Below, piece after piece: positions 8,916 to 17,446 of a stretch of DNA of 32,000 nt (position 1 is its first letter; every line of letters starts with the position of its first letter). Below the pieces are notes generated by a model that saw nothing but the letters and a program-made list of their open reading frames with translations, had not been told where the DNA came from and did not search any database. The stretch comes from Methanocaldococcus jannaschii DSM 2661 (GTDB lineage Archaea > AGJL01 > Methanococci > Methanococcales > Methanocaldococcaceae). The translations under genes and the position numbers were made by a program. The stretch covers positions 1,546,838 through 1,578,837 of the forward strand of contig NC_000909.1 in NCBI RefSeq assembly GCF_000091665.1, written 5' to 3'.

Positions 8916-9836
8916 ATGAAGCATCTAATATCAATGAAGGATATTGGAAAAGAGGAGATTTTAGAGATTTTAGATGAAGCAAGAAAGATGGAAGAGCTTT
9001 TAAATACAAAAAGACCTTTAAAGTTATTGGAAGGGAAAATATTAGCAACTGTTTTTTATGAACCATCAACAAGGACAAGATTGAGTTTTGAAACGGCAAT
9101 GAAGAGGTTAGGTGGAGAAGTAATAACAATGACTGATTTAAAAAGCTCTTCTGTTGCAAAGGGAGAGAGTTTAATAGATACAATTAGAGTAATTAGTGGA
9201 TATGCTGATATAATTGTTTTAAGGCATCCAAGTGAAGGAGCTGCAAGATTGGCAAGTGAATATTCTCAAGTTCCAATTATAAATGCTGGGGATGGGAGTA
9301 ATCAGCATCCTACTCAAACTCTTTTGGATTTATACACAATAATGAGAGAGATTGGCAGGATAGATGGGATAAAGATAGCGTTTGTTGGAGATTTGAAGTA
9401 TGGAAGGACAGTTCATTCCTTGGTCTATGCCCTATCCTTATTTGAAAATGTTGAGATGTATTTTGTATCTCCAAAAGAATTGAGACTACCAAAAGATATT
9501 ATTGAAGATTTAAAAGCTAAAAATATAAAATTTTATGAAAAAGAAAGTTTGGATGATTTAGATGATGATATAGATGTTCTATATGTAACAAGAATCCAGA
9601 AGGAGAGGTTTCCAGACCCTAACGAATATGAAAAGGTTAAAGGTAGCTATAAGATAAAGAGAGAGTATGTCGAAGGAAAGAAGTTTATAATTATGCATCC
9701 ATTACCAAGAGTTGATGAAATTGATTATGATGTTGATGATTTACCTCAAGCAAAGTATTTTAAGCAGAGTTTTTATGGAATTCCAGTGAGAATGGCCATT
9801 TTAAAGAAGCTAATTGAGGATAATGAAGGTGAATAG
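8916..9836 (+). CDS. pyrB: Aspartate carbamoyltransferase catalytic subunit
   Basis: Motifs STRTR, HPTQ and HPLPR are present, and the length is 306 aa. Confidence 0.95.
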   Translation: MKHLISMKDIGKEEILEILDEARKMEELLNTKRPLKLLEGKILATVFYEPSTRTRLSFETAMKRLGGEVITMTDLKSSSVAKGESLIDTIRVISGYADIIVLRHPSEGAARLASEYSQVPIINAGDGSNQHPTQTLLDLYTIMREIGRIDGIKIAFVGDLKYGRTVHSLVYALSLFENVEMYFVSPKELRLPKDIIEDLKAKNIKFYEKESLDDLDDDIDVLYVTRIQKERFPDPNEYEKVKGSYKIKREYVEGKKFIIMHPLPRVDEIDYDVDDLPQAKYFKQSFYGIPVRMAILKKLIEDNEGE

Positions 9837-9838
9837 TT

Positions 9839-10588
9839 TTGAGAGATGTGAAATATGTTGATGCTCACTGCCATATAGAAGATAAAGCATTCAACAAAAA
9901 CAGAGATGAGGTCATTGAGAGGGCTAAGAAAGAAGACGTTATAATAGTAACAAGTGGAGCAAGCTTAGGAGGTTGTTTGAGAGCTTTAGAGCTTAGAAAG
10001 AAATATAATATTTATCTAACCCTTGGCTATCATCCTTCGAGAGTTAAAGCAGATGATAAAGTTATAGAGAAGGTTTATAACCTAATTAAAAATAATGAGT
10101 ATGAGATTTTGGCTATTGGAGAGATTGGAATGGACATCAAAGATGAAAACTATAAGAGGCAAGAAGAAATATTTAAAAAATTTTTGTCCTTAGCTGAAGA
10201 GCTTAACAAACCAATAGTTGTTCATGCAAGAGGATTTGAGAGAAAGATATTTGATATAGCCAAAGATAAAGTTGATATTATGTTCCATTGCTATAGTGGC
10301 GATGTAGAGTTAGCTAAGGAGATTGGAAAAGAAGGGCATTTAATATCAATTTCAACATTGGTGTGCTTTTCAGAACATCATAAAAAACTTGTTGAAAGCT
10401 TAGATTTAGAGTATTTAACTACTGAGACTGACAGCCCTTATCTATCTCCAATCAAAGGAACTAAAAATGAACCAAAGAATGTTAAATTGGTTATTGAGGA
10501 GATAGCAAAGATTAAAGAGATGGAAGTTGAAGAGGTAAAAGATGTCATTTACAAAAACACATGTAAATTCTTTAAGAGGAGATTGTAA
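9839..10588 (+). CDS. TatD-family metal-dependent hydrolase/DNase
   Basis: The N-terminal sequence is DAHCH, and EIGMD and ETDSPYL motifs are present. The start is TTG at 9839, or GTG at 9848. It begins 3 nt after the pyrB stop. Confidence 0.85.
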   Translation: MRDVKYVDAHCHIEDKAFNKNRDEVIERAKKEDVIIVTSGASLGGCLRALELRKKYNIYLTLGYHPSRVKADDKVIEKVYNLIKNNEYEILAIGEIGMDIKDENYKRQEEIFKKFLSLAEELNKPIVVHARGFERKIFDIAKDKVDIMFHCYSGDVELAKEIGKEGHLISISTLVCFSEHHKKLVESLDLEYLTTETDSPYLSPIKGTKNEPKNVKLVIEEIAKIKEMEVEEVKDVIYKNTCKFFKRRL

Positions 10589-10968
10589 TGTATTATTTAA
10601 AACCCATTGGAGTTGTAGAGCAAAATGAGAACTATACAGTCCTAAATATATTTGATGAGTTTGTAGAGGGGTTAGATGGTTTAAAGGAGGGAGATTACAT
10701 TATTGTTTTGGTTTGGTTTCATAAAAACGACAGTGAAGAAAAACGAAAAATTTTAAAGGTTCATCCAAGAGGGGATATAAATAACCCATTAAAAGGAGTT
10801 TTTGCTACCCGTTCTCCCTACAGACCAAACCCTATTGGAAAATACACTGTAAAAATACATAAAATTTATAGAAATAAAATTTTCATTGACAAAATTGACG
10901 CTTACAATGAAACACCAATAATTGATATAAAAATATTTTCAGAAAAGTTGGATTGTCCAAAGATATAA
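10588..10968 (+). CDS. TsaA/YaeB (TrmO-like) family protein
   Basis: It has GVFATRSPYRPNPIG and a C-terminal TPIIDIK, characteristic of the TsaA-like beta-barrel domain. Its ATG overlaps the tatD-like stop (TAATG). Confidence 0.8.
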   Translation: MYYLKPIGVVEQNENYTVLNIFDEFVEGLDGLKEGDYIIVLVWFHKNDSEEKRKILKVHPRGDINNPLKGVFATRSPYRPNPIGKYTVKIHKIYRNKIFIDKIDAYNETPIIDIKIFSEKLDCPKI

Positions 10969-10969
10969 A

Positions 10970-11425
10970 TTAAATTTCTTTGAATTTTCCAATTATATAA
11001 TCTCCTTGCTCACTTTCAATTTCAAATAAACCTAATTTACTTAATAACCTTAATCCACTTGCATATACCTTTTTTCCAAAACTTTCTCCAATATTATCAT
11101 CTATATTCATAATACAACTTTGACGTAACACCCTATATAGCGTTTCTATTAACTCATCCTCATCTACTGCATTAAGATTTACAGCACTTGCTTTTAATTC
11201 CTTAAATTTTCCAGTTACTGACCTACAATATTCACTTTCAATCTTAAACAATCCAACTTTTGACAGCAACCTCAATCCATCAGCATAAGCAGATAAACCT
11301 CCACTCCAAGCGTAATTTTCATCATCATACCAACATTTAAGTTTTAAAACTTTGTATAATGTTTTTATGAGTTTCCATTTACTAATATCATTTTTCATCT
11401 CCATCACTTTATTTCCTATCTCCAT
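10970..11425 (-). CDS. Hypothetical protein made of two tandem ~65-aa repeats
   Basis: The internal duplication pairs TLYKVLKLKCW..YADGLRLLSKVGLFKIESE..GKFKEL with TLYRVLRQSCI..YASGLRLLSKLGLFEIESE..GKFKEI. Its start overlaps the stop of the upstream aldolase by 17 nt. Confidence 0.55.
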   Translation of the reverse strand: MEIGNKVMEMKNDISKWKLIKTLYKVLKLKCWYDDENYAWSGGLSAYADGLRLLSKVGLFKIESEYCRSVTGKFKELKASAVNLNAVDEDELIETLYRVLRQSCIMNIDDNIGESFGKKVYASGLRLLSKLGLFEIESEQGDYIIGKFKEI

Positions 11426-12341
11426 AGTATATCTTTAAAGCCTCCTCCAAACTCTTCCCTTCAATGGTTATCGCATATATTGCATTACACATCCTTATAG
11501 CGGCATCTAAAGGCTTTTGGTGGATATTTCTTCCAGTTGCATTTCCTCTTGCCCCACTAATATTAATTTGCTCCCAAATCTGTTTTAAAAATTTTTCTGG
11601 CTCTATACTTTTACCTCCAGCACATAGAACTCCAGTTCTTCCAGCGGCTAAGACAGCCTCTTTAAACCTCTCTGCTGGATTATCACACTTTGGATAATTA
11701 ACTTTAACAAAATCAGCCCCTAAGCATGCGGCAACTCCAGCAGCTCCAGCAATTAAGTGAGGGTCTTTCTCATCTTTAACATTCTTCCCTCTTGGATAGC
11801 TCCAGATTATTGCTATTAAGCCATGCTTGTGAGCTTCTAATATAACCCTTGATGCCTCTTCAAACATTATATGTTCATACTCACTTCCAGGATAGATTGT
11901 ATAACCAACCCCCAATATTTTTAATCCAGAGTTTTCTTTTAAATCAACAACATCTTTAACATGCACTAAAGCCCTACTTATTGGGTCTCTTGTTTTAACA
12001 AGATGAGTTTTTGAGTTAATCTTCACAATATAGGGAATTTTTTTATAATCCATTCCATATCTTGCTATTAATCCGAGTTGTGTTGCAAATCCGCAGATTT
12101 TCCCTTTACTTGCTATATTAAACAGATGTTCTGGAGATGCGTCATCCTTAGCTATCCCCTCCCCAAAGAAGTCGTCATTTAAATGTTCAATCTTCTGGTC
12201 TCCAGCGAATAGCATTACATTTCCAGTTCTTTTTGTTAATTCTAAGTAGTTTTTTATGTATTCTTCTTTTCTGTCTTCTGGAACTGTTAGTGGCACTTTT
12301 ACATCTCTCTTTTTTAACCTCTTTATCATAAAAATCCCCAC
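11409..12341 (-). CDS. Class I (DhnA/FbaB-type) fructose-bisphosphate aldolase family protein
   Basis: It is a TIM-barrel aldolase with GADFVKVNYP (Schiff-base lysine region) and GRNIHQ. The true start may be the internal Met (MIKRLKK..). Confidence 0.85.
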   Translation of the reverse strand: MGIFMIKRLKKRDVKVPLTVPEDRKEEYIKNYLELTKRTGNVMLFAGDQKIEHLNDDFFGEGIAKDDASPEHLFNIASKGKICGFATQLGLIARYGMDYKKIPYIVKINSKTHLVKTRDPISRALVHVKDVVDLKENSGLKILGVGYTIYPGSEYEHIMFEEASRVILEAHKHGLIAIIWSYPRGKNVKDEKDPHLIAGAAGVAACLGADFVKVNYPKCDNPAERFKEAVLAAGRTGVLCAGGKSIEPEKFLKQIWEQINISGARGNATGRNIHQKPLDAAIRMCNAIYAITIEGKSLEEALKIYYGDRK

Positions 12342-12376
12342 AATAAATATATGAAACTAACTACAAAAATAGTTAT

Positions 12377-13852
12377 GTGAGAAGGGATATTAATAATTTC
12401 CTATTTGGTGAGAGAATGGAGTTATTTGAAATATTAAAACAAAAAATTAAAGAAAAAGAGGTTATAACACCAAAGGAAATGGCAATTATTGATGATAATG
12501 CAGAGTTTTTGGGAATTCAAAAAATATTATTAATGGAGAATGCTGGAAAGGCAGTTTATGAAGAGATTAAGGATATTGATGCTGAGGAATTTATCATTTT
12601 CTGTGGAACTGGAAATAACGGAGGAGATGGGTTTGTTGTAGCAAGACATCTTGGAAAGGGAGATGTTATATTAATAGGAAAAGAGTCAGAGATAAAAACC
12701 TACGAGGCAAGAGAAAACTTTAAGATACTAAAAAATTTGGCAGAGTTTGGAAATATAAGGATTAGAGAAATTAAATGGGCTGAGGAAGTTAATGATATAT
12801 TTGAAAGGCTAAAAAATAAAAAGGCAGTTATTATAGATGCAATGATTGGAACTGGTGTTAAAGGAGAGCTAAGAGAGCCATTTAAAACCATAGTTGATAA
12901 AATAAACGAGTTAAAGCAAATAAACAAAAATATCTTTGTTATAAGTGTAGATGTTGAGACAGGGCATTTAGAAAGCGATTTAACTATAACTTTCCACAAG
13001 AGAAAGACTATAAACAAAGACAACGCCATTGTAAAAAAGATTGGCATTCCTAAGGAGGCAGAATACATAGTTGGCTGGGGAGATTTAAAAGCTCTAAGGA
13101 AGAGAGATAGCAATAGCCACAAAGGGCAAAATGGAAAAGTTTTGATTATTGGAGGTAGTAAAGATTTTTATGGAGCTCCAATATTGGCTGGTTTGGCAGC
13201 ATTAAAAATTGTTGATTTGGTGGGGATTTTGTCAGTCGGTAAGGTTATAGATAAAGTAAATCATCCAGAGTTTATTATGTATAGGGTTGAAGGGGATTAT
13301 TTAAGCTCTCAACATGTTGATTATACTCTAGAAATTGCTAAAAAGTATGATGTTGTTGTTCTTGGTAATGGCTTAGGAGCCAACAATAGAACTAAAGCAT
13401 TTTTAAATGAGTTCTTAGCAAAATATGATGGAAAAGTGGTTATTGATGCTGATGCAATTAAAGTTATTGATTATAATAACTTTGAATTCTCTGAGAATTA
13501 TATTTTCACTCCTCACAAAAGAGAGTTTGAATATATGGGGATTGATTTAGATAACATTGAAAATATAAAATCAACGATTGTGTTAAAAGGGAAATATGAT
13601 ATAATATTTAATGCCAACAATCTAAAAATAAACAAAACTGGAAATGCTGGTTTGACAAAGGGAGGAACTGGAGATGTTTTAGCTGGTTTAATTGGGGCTT
13701 TATTTGCTGTTAATGAGGCATTTTTATCAGCATGTTGTGGAGCTTTTATAAACGGCTATGCTGGAGATTTGCTGTTAAAAGAGAAAGGTTATTATTATAC
13801 CCCATTAGATTTGATTGAAAAAATCCCTAATGTCTTAAAAATCTTTCAATGA
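12377..13852 (+). CDS. nnr: Bifunctional NAD(P)H-hydrate repair enzyme (YjeF_N epimerase + ADP-dependent dehydratase)
   Basis: The N-terminal domain has CGTGNNGGDG. The C-terminal carbohydrate-kinase domain has GKVLIIGGS and GGTGDVLAG. The probable true start is the ATG at 12416 (MELFEILK). Confidence 0.85.
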   Translation: MRRDINNFLFGERMELFEILKQKIKEKEVITPKEMAIIDDNAEFLGIQKILLMENAGKAVYEEIKDIDAEEFIIFCGTGNNGGDGFVVARHLGKGDVILIGKESEIKTYEARENFKILKNLAEFGNIRIREIKWAEEVNDIFERLKNKKAVIIDAMIGTGVKGELREPFKTIVDKINELKQINKNIFVISVDVETGHLESDLTITFHKRKTINKDNAIVKKIGIPKEAEYIVGWGDLKALRKRDSNSHKGQNGKVLIIGGSKDFYGAPILAGLAALKIVDLVGILSVGKVIDKVNHPEFIMYRVEGDYLSSQHVDYTLEIAKKYDVVVLGNGLGANNRTKAFLNEFLAKYDGKVVIDADAIKVIDYNNFEFSENYIFTPHKREFEYMGIDLDNIENIKSTIVLKGKYDIIFNANNLKINKTGNAGLTKGGTGDVLAGLIGALFAVNEAFLSACCGAFINGYAGDLLLKEKGYYYTPLDLIEKIPNVLKIFQ

Positions 13853-13909
13853 AACTATTAAATTATTTATTCAAGGAAAAATATTTAAAGACAAATAATA
13901 GGAGGGATT

Positions 13910-14780
13910 ATGAAGGCAGATTTGCACATACACACAAAATATTCTGGAATTGGTAAATTTTGGAAACTTAAATTCCCTGATTCTGTTGAAGAGCCAAGAA
14001 ATATATTGAAAGTAGCTAAGAAAAAAGGCATTGAGGTTGTAGCAATAACTGACCATAATACAATTAGGGGAGGGGTTGAGACAAAAAAATTGGAGAAAGA
14101 GTTTGGAGTTGAAGTTGTTATAGGTAGCGAGATTATGACTACCGAAGGGGAAATAATTGGTTTATTTTTAAATGAAGATATACCTAAAGGTTTATCTCCA
14201 GAGGAAACTATAGAAAAAATTAAAGAACAAGGAGGATTAGCTATAGCTCCCCATCCCTACAGCCCCATCTGTAAAGCACTTGGAGACCGAATATTTGACT
14301 TAGATTTGGATGGAGTTGAGGTTTTTAATGCCTACCATAGGGATGGAATAGTTAATAATATAGCATTAAATAAGGTTATAAAGGAACTACCACAAAAAGC
14401 CTTTTGCATTTATTGGAGGGAGTGATGCTCACATAGCGAGGATGGTAGGGAATGCCTATACATTATTTGAGGGAAATTCAGCTGATGATTTGTATAAGGC
14501 AATAGTTAAAAAAAGAACGACTTATGAAGGAAAGCCAACACCTTTGTATCAAGCAATATTATGGAGTTATAAGGTTGTCTATACGTCAGAAAAGAAGTTA
14601 ATAAAATCTTTAATTTTTAGGATAGGAGATAATACAATTGATTCAATAAAACTTTATAAAAAGATTTTAGGAGTTTTTGGAGGATTTATTTATATATTAA
14701 CTCCCCTTCCAATAGTTTCCGGATTTTTAGGTAATTATTACCTTAAAAAGAAAGCAAAGGAAAAAATGAAAGAAGTTTAA
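13910..14780 (+). pseudogene. PHP-domain (polymerase/histidinol-phosphatase-like) metal-dependent phosphoesterase, interrupted by a frameshift
   Basis: The N-terminal sequence is MKADLHIHTKYSG and ITDHNT is present. ORF1 stops at 14425. The frame of ORF2 is open from 14382 and reads ..KKPFAFIGGSDAHIARMVGNAYT, the missing PHP motif. The switch must lie at or near the A5 run at 14394-14398. Confidence 0.65.
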
Positions 14781-14803
14781 TAGTTTTTTGCAAAAAACTA
14801 TTA
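14778..14803. promoter_or_regulatory. 26-bp perfect palindrome TAATAGTTTTTTGCAAAAAACTATTA between two genes
   Basis: It is perfectly self-complementary by inspection. It includes the TAA stop of the upstream gene and ends 10 nt before the next ATG. The related core TTTTGCAAAAAAC recurs at 15835-15847. Confidence 0.4.
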
Positions 14804-14813
14804 GTTTGAGAAC

Positions 14814-15539
14814 ATGATGATGGCATTGCAGATATTTATAAAGATACTTCCAATAATGTTTTTTGGAATTCTTTTAGCAAATCTTATGTGTCATTTAAAT
14901 ATCTTATACAAACTTCAAAAATATATAAAAAATAAATACTTCCCAATAATTGCTGTCTTTTTTGTTAGTTCAACATCAGGTAGCTTTTTATTAAAAAATT
15001 TATTAAAAAAAGGTGAAATTTCAGAAGAAAATCTTTTGCCAATTTACTTTTTAGGGATGTTTGTATTTGGAATCCACATAATTTTATTTTATGCTATACC
15101 AATGGCTACAAGTTTGGGTTGGTATGTTGGAGGCATCTATGTGCTAATAAAATTTTTGGTAACATGCAATTATTTGATTATAAGTGTTTTAATGCTTAAA
15201 AAAAGGAAATACAATATTGATATTGAATTTAAATCTAAGTCAGAAGGTTTATATGGAGCTATAAGAGATACGTTTAAGCAGTATTTTAGAGTTTTAACAT
15301 CATTTGTCCCATCTGTTTTGATAATAACTTATCTTATTGAGCATGGTTTATTGGATATTGTTGAGGATTTTGCTGGTTCTTTATTAAATGCTTTAAATTT
15401 ATCTCCTACTATTTTAGTTATAGTGCTTACAGGGTTAGCTACAATTTCAGGGGCTATAGGTATTGCATCTGGACTTTTAGATGAAAATATACTGTCTCCA
15501 AATGAAGTTCTCTTTTCTTTATTTCTCGCAGGTTTTTAA
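14814..15539 (+). CDS. Polytopic integral membrane protein (possibly nucleoside-recognition/Gate-domain-like); likely continues to 15691 after a frameshift
   Basis: It has six or more hydrophobic helices. After the stop, the +2 frame stays open for 51 hydrophobic codons (LNRVVLYLRKYLPIQLSIFGKIGAKLATLHLIVYEISFLIVIVVWYLFFIV*). A T5 run at 15533-15537 is a candidate shift site. Confidence 0.55.
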   Translation: MMMALQIFIKILPIMFFGILLANLMCHLNILYKLQKYIKNKYFPIIAVFFVSSTSGSFLLKNLLKKGEISEENLLPIYFLGMFVFGIHIILFYAIPMATSLGWYVGGIYVLIKFLVTCNYLIISVLMLKKRKYNIDIEFKSKSEGLYGAIRDTFKQYFRVLTSFVPSVLIITYLIEHGLLDIVEDFAGSLLNALNLSPTILVIVLTGLATISGAIGIASGLLDENILSPNEVLFSLFLAGF

Positions 15540-15701
15540 ATAGAGTTGTTCTTTATTTGAGAAAGTATTTACCAATACAGCTCTCAATATTTGGAAAAAT
15601 CGGGGCAAAGTTAGCTACTTTACATTTAATTGTTTATGAGATATCTTTTTTAATTGTAATAGTTGTTTGGTATCTCTTTTTTATTGTTTAAAGTTTATTT
15701 A

Positions 15702-15786
15702 ATAGGGCTTTCGCAGGAATAGACTTTTATAAGGAAAGTTGATTCCTAAATGCCTTATCAAATAATAAAAACTGTGAAAGTCCTAT
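15702..15786. repeat. MITE-like element, family F, copy F2 (divergent core)
   Basis: The termini ATAGGGCTTTCGCAG and CTGTGAAAGTCCTAT are inverted repeats matching the F1/F3 termini. The internal sequence differs. Confidence 0.5.
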
Positions 15787-15926
15787 TTAAATCACCTAAT
15801 TAATTTTTCTAATAGCTAAATAATTATTAGATTCTTTTGCAAAAAACTTTTTATAATTAGAAATTTTAAATAAATGTTAGCATCTATCAAAAACCATATT
15901 AAAAAAATCTAAAATGATGGAAAACG

Positions 15927-16244
15927 ATGAGAATTTCTCCACTAATAGCAGGGTTGATAGGTGGTTTCACTGCTGCAATATTGCAAGCACTGTTTAAAGT
16001 GTTCCCTCCACCAGCTTATGGTATCTGTATAGCATGTCACACAAGGGATTTAGTAAATTGGATTATTAATCATTTATTTGGGACTACATTAGGAATGGCA
16101 CTAGTTTCAAAAGCTTTTCCTGTTTTAACTGTTGTTGGTATATTTATTGGGGCTTTAATAACTACTTTTATATATAAAGAGACTGAGTTAAAGCAAACTC
16201 ACAGTCCAGTTTATTGGTTTCATATTAGGAATTTTAGTTATTAA
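15927..16244 (+). CDS. YedE/YeeE-family (selenium/sulfur transport-associated) membrane protein, truncated
   Basis: The N-terminal TM helix is followed by PAYGICIACHTRD. This resembles the conserved (G)xCxxCxxRD loop of YedE-type proteins. It is only 105 aa. A second frame open from 16192 to 16371 continues with a TM-like segment (IGFILGILVINFWPFG..). Confidence 0.55.
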   Translation: MRISPLIAGLIGGFTAAILQALFKVFPPPAYGICIACHTRDLVNWIINHLFGTTLGMALVSKAFPVLTVVGIFIGALITTFIYKETELKQTHSPVYWFHIRNFSY

Positions 16245-16375
16245 TTTTTGGCCCTTTGGGCATCATTATTCAATAAATAAAAATATTATCTGTATAAGTC
16301 CTATTAAGCTATCAAATTTACTAATAATTGTAGTTGTTTGGTATGTTTATAAATTTATAACTTTTAGGTGAGAGT

Positions 16376-17425
16376 ATGGAAAGAGGTAATGAAAAAATAA
16401 AACTAACTGAATTAGTTAAACTCCACGGATGAGCTTGCAAACTGCCCAGCACCGAGTTAGAGTTTTTAGTTAAAGGAATAGTTACTGATGATGACTTATT
16501 GGACAAAAATATCTTGGTTGGTTTAGGAGATGATGCATCAATAATTAAGAGGAATGGGTTAGTTATAGCAAAGACAGTTGATGTCTTTACACCAATAGTT
16601 GATGACCCATACATACAGGGAAAAATAGCAGCTTGCAACTCAACAAGCGACATCTATGCTATGGGACTATTGGATATAGTAGGAGTTTTAGCAATTGTTG
16701 GTATTCCAGAGAAGCTTCCAATACACGTAGTTAGAGAGATGTTAAAGGGCTTTCAAGACTTCTGCAGAGAGAACAAAACAACAATAGTTGGTGGTCATAC
16801 AATACTAAATCCATGGCCCTTAATTGGAGGAGCAGTTACTGGTGTTGGAAGAGAGGAGGAGGTTTTAACAAAGGCTGGAGTTAAGGTAGGAGATGTTTTA
16901 ATATTAACAAAACCATTAGGAACTCAAACAGCGATGGCGTTATCAAGAATCCCAGAGGAGTTTAAGGATTTAATTAGCATAACTGAAGAAGAAAGAGACT
17001 ACATCATAAATAAGGCAATAGAGATAATGACTACATCAAACAGATATGCATTAAAAGCTCTAAGAAAGGCTGAAGAAAGAGTTGGAGATAAAATAGCAAA
17101 TGCTTTAACTGACATAACTGGATTTGGAATATTGGGGCATTCAAATGAAATGGCTAAGAATAGCAATGTTTTAATAGAAATAAATTTACTGCCTTGTATA
17201 AAAAGGACTCCAGAGTTAAGCAGATTATTTGGACATGCTTTATTGGATGGTTATGGTGCAGAAACTGCTGGTGGCTTATTAATATCAGCAAAAGAAGAAT
17301 ATAAAGATAATTTAATTGATGAGTTGGAAAAAGCTAAATGCTATGCTTTTGAAGTTGGAAGAGTTGTGAAAAAAGGTGAAGGTAAAGCAGTTTTAAGTAA
17401 GGATGTTAAAGTTATTGAAATTTAA
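16376..17425 (+). CDS. selD: Selenide, water dikinase (selenophosphate synthetase) with in-frame UGA = selenocysteine at codon 19
   Basis: SD AGGTGA (16366-16371) precedes the ATG at 16376. The translation is MERGNEKIKLTELVKLHG-U(16430-16432)-ACKLPSTELEFLVKG.. and runs in frame into the track ORF (16499..17425). U aligns with the catalytic Cys/Sec of the SelD glycine-rich N-terminal loop. A SECIS lies in the 3' UTR. Confidence 0.9.
16439..16459 (+). repeat. 5' arm of a 21-nt perfect long-range inverted repeat (inside selD, 7 nt after the UGA)
   Basis: AAACTGCCCAGCACCGAGTTA is the exact reverse complement of 17447-17467. Confidence 0.9.
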
Positions 17426-17446
17426 TATCAAACATATATATGCTAT

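Noticed and set aside
8914-9492. Minus-strand ORFs 8914..9183 and 9310..9492.
   Set aside because: They lie antisense within pyrB, whose identity is unambiguous.
11464-13122. ORFs 11464..11697 (+) and 12700..13122 (-).
   Set aside because: They are antisense shadows of the aldolase and nnr genes, with leucine/serine-rich low-information sequences.
13871-14056. Minus-strand 61-aa ORF overlapping the PHP gene start.
   Set aside because: It lies antisense to a well-supported CDS and has no start context.
15652-16345. Similarity between AATTGTAATAGTTGTTTGGTAT (15652-15673) and AATTGTAGTTGTTTGGTAT (16327-16345). Both lie at the ends of the out-of-frame C-terminal extensions of neighbouring membrane genes.
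   Set aside because: There are only ~19 matching nt with a 3-nt gap in very AT-rich sequence, and no extended flanking homology by eye. That is insufficient to claim duplication or a shared element.
16321-16653. Minus-strand 110-aa ORF across the selD 5' region.
   Set aside because: It lies antisense to selD, including the Sec codon region. The plus-strand reading has an SD, family motifs and a SECIS.
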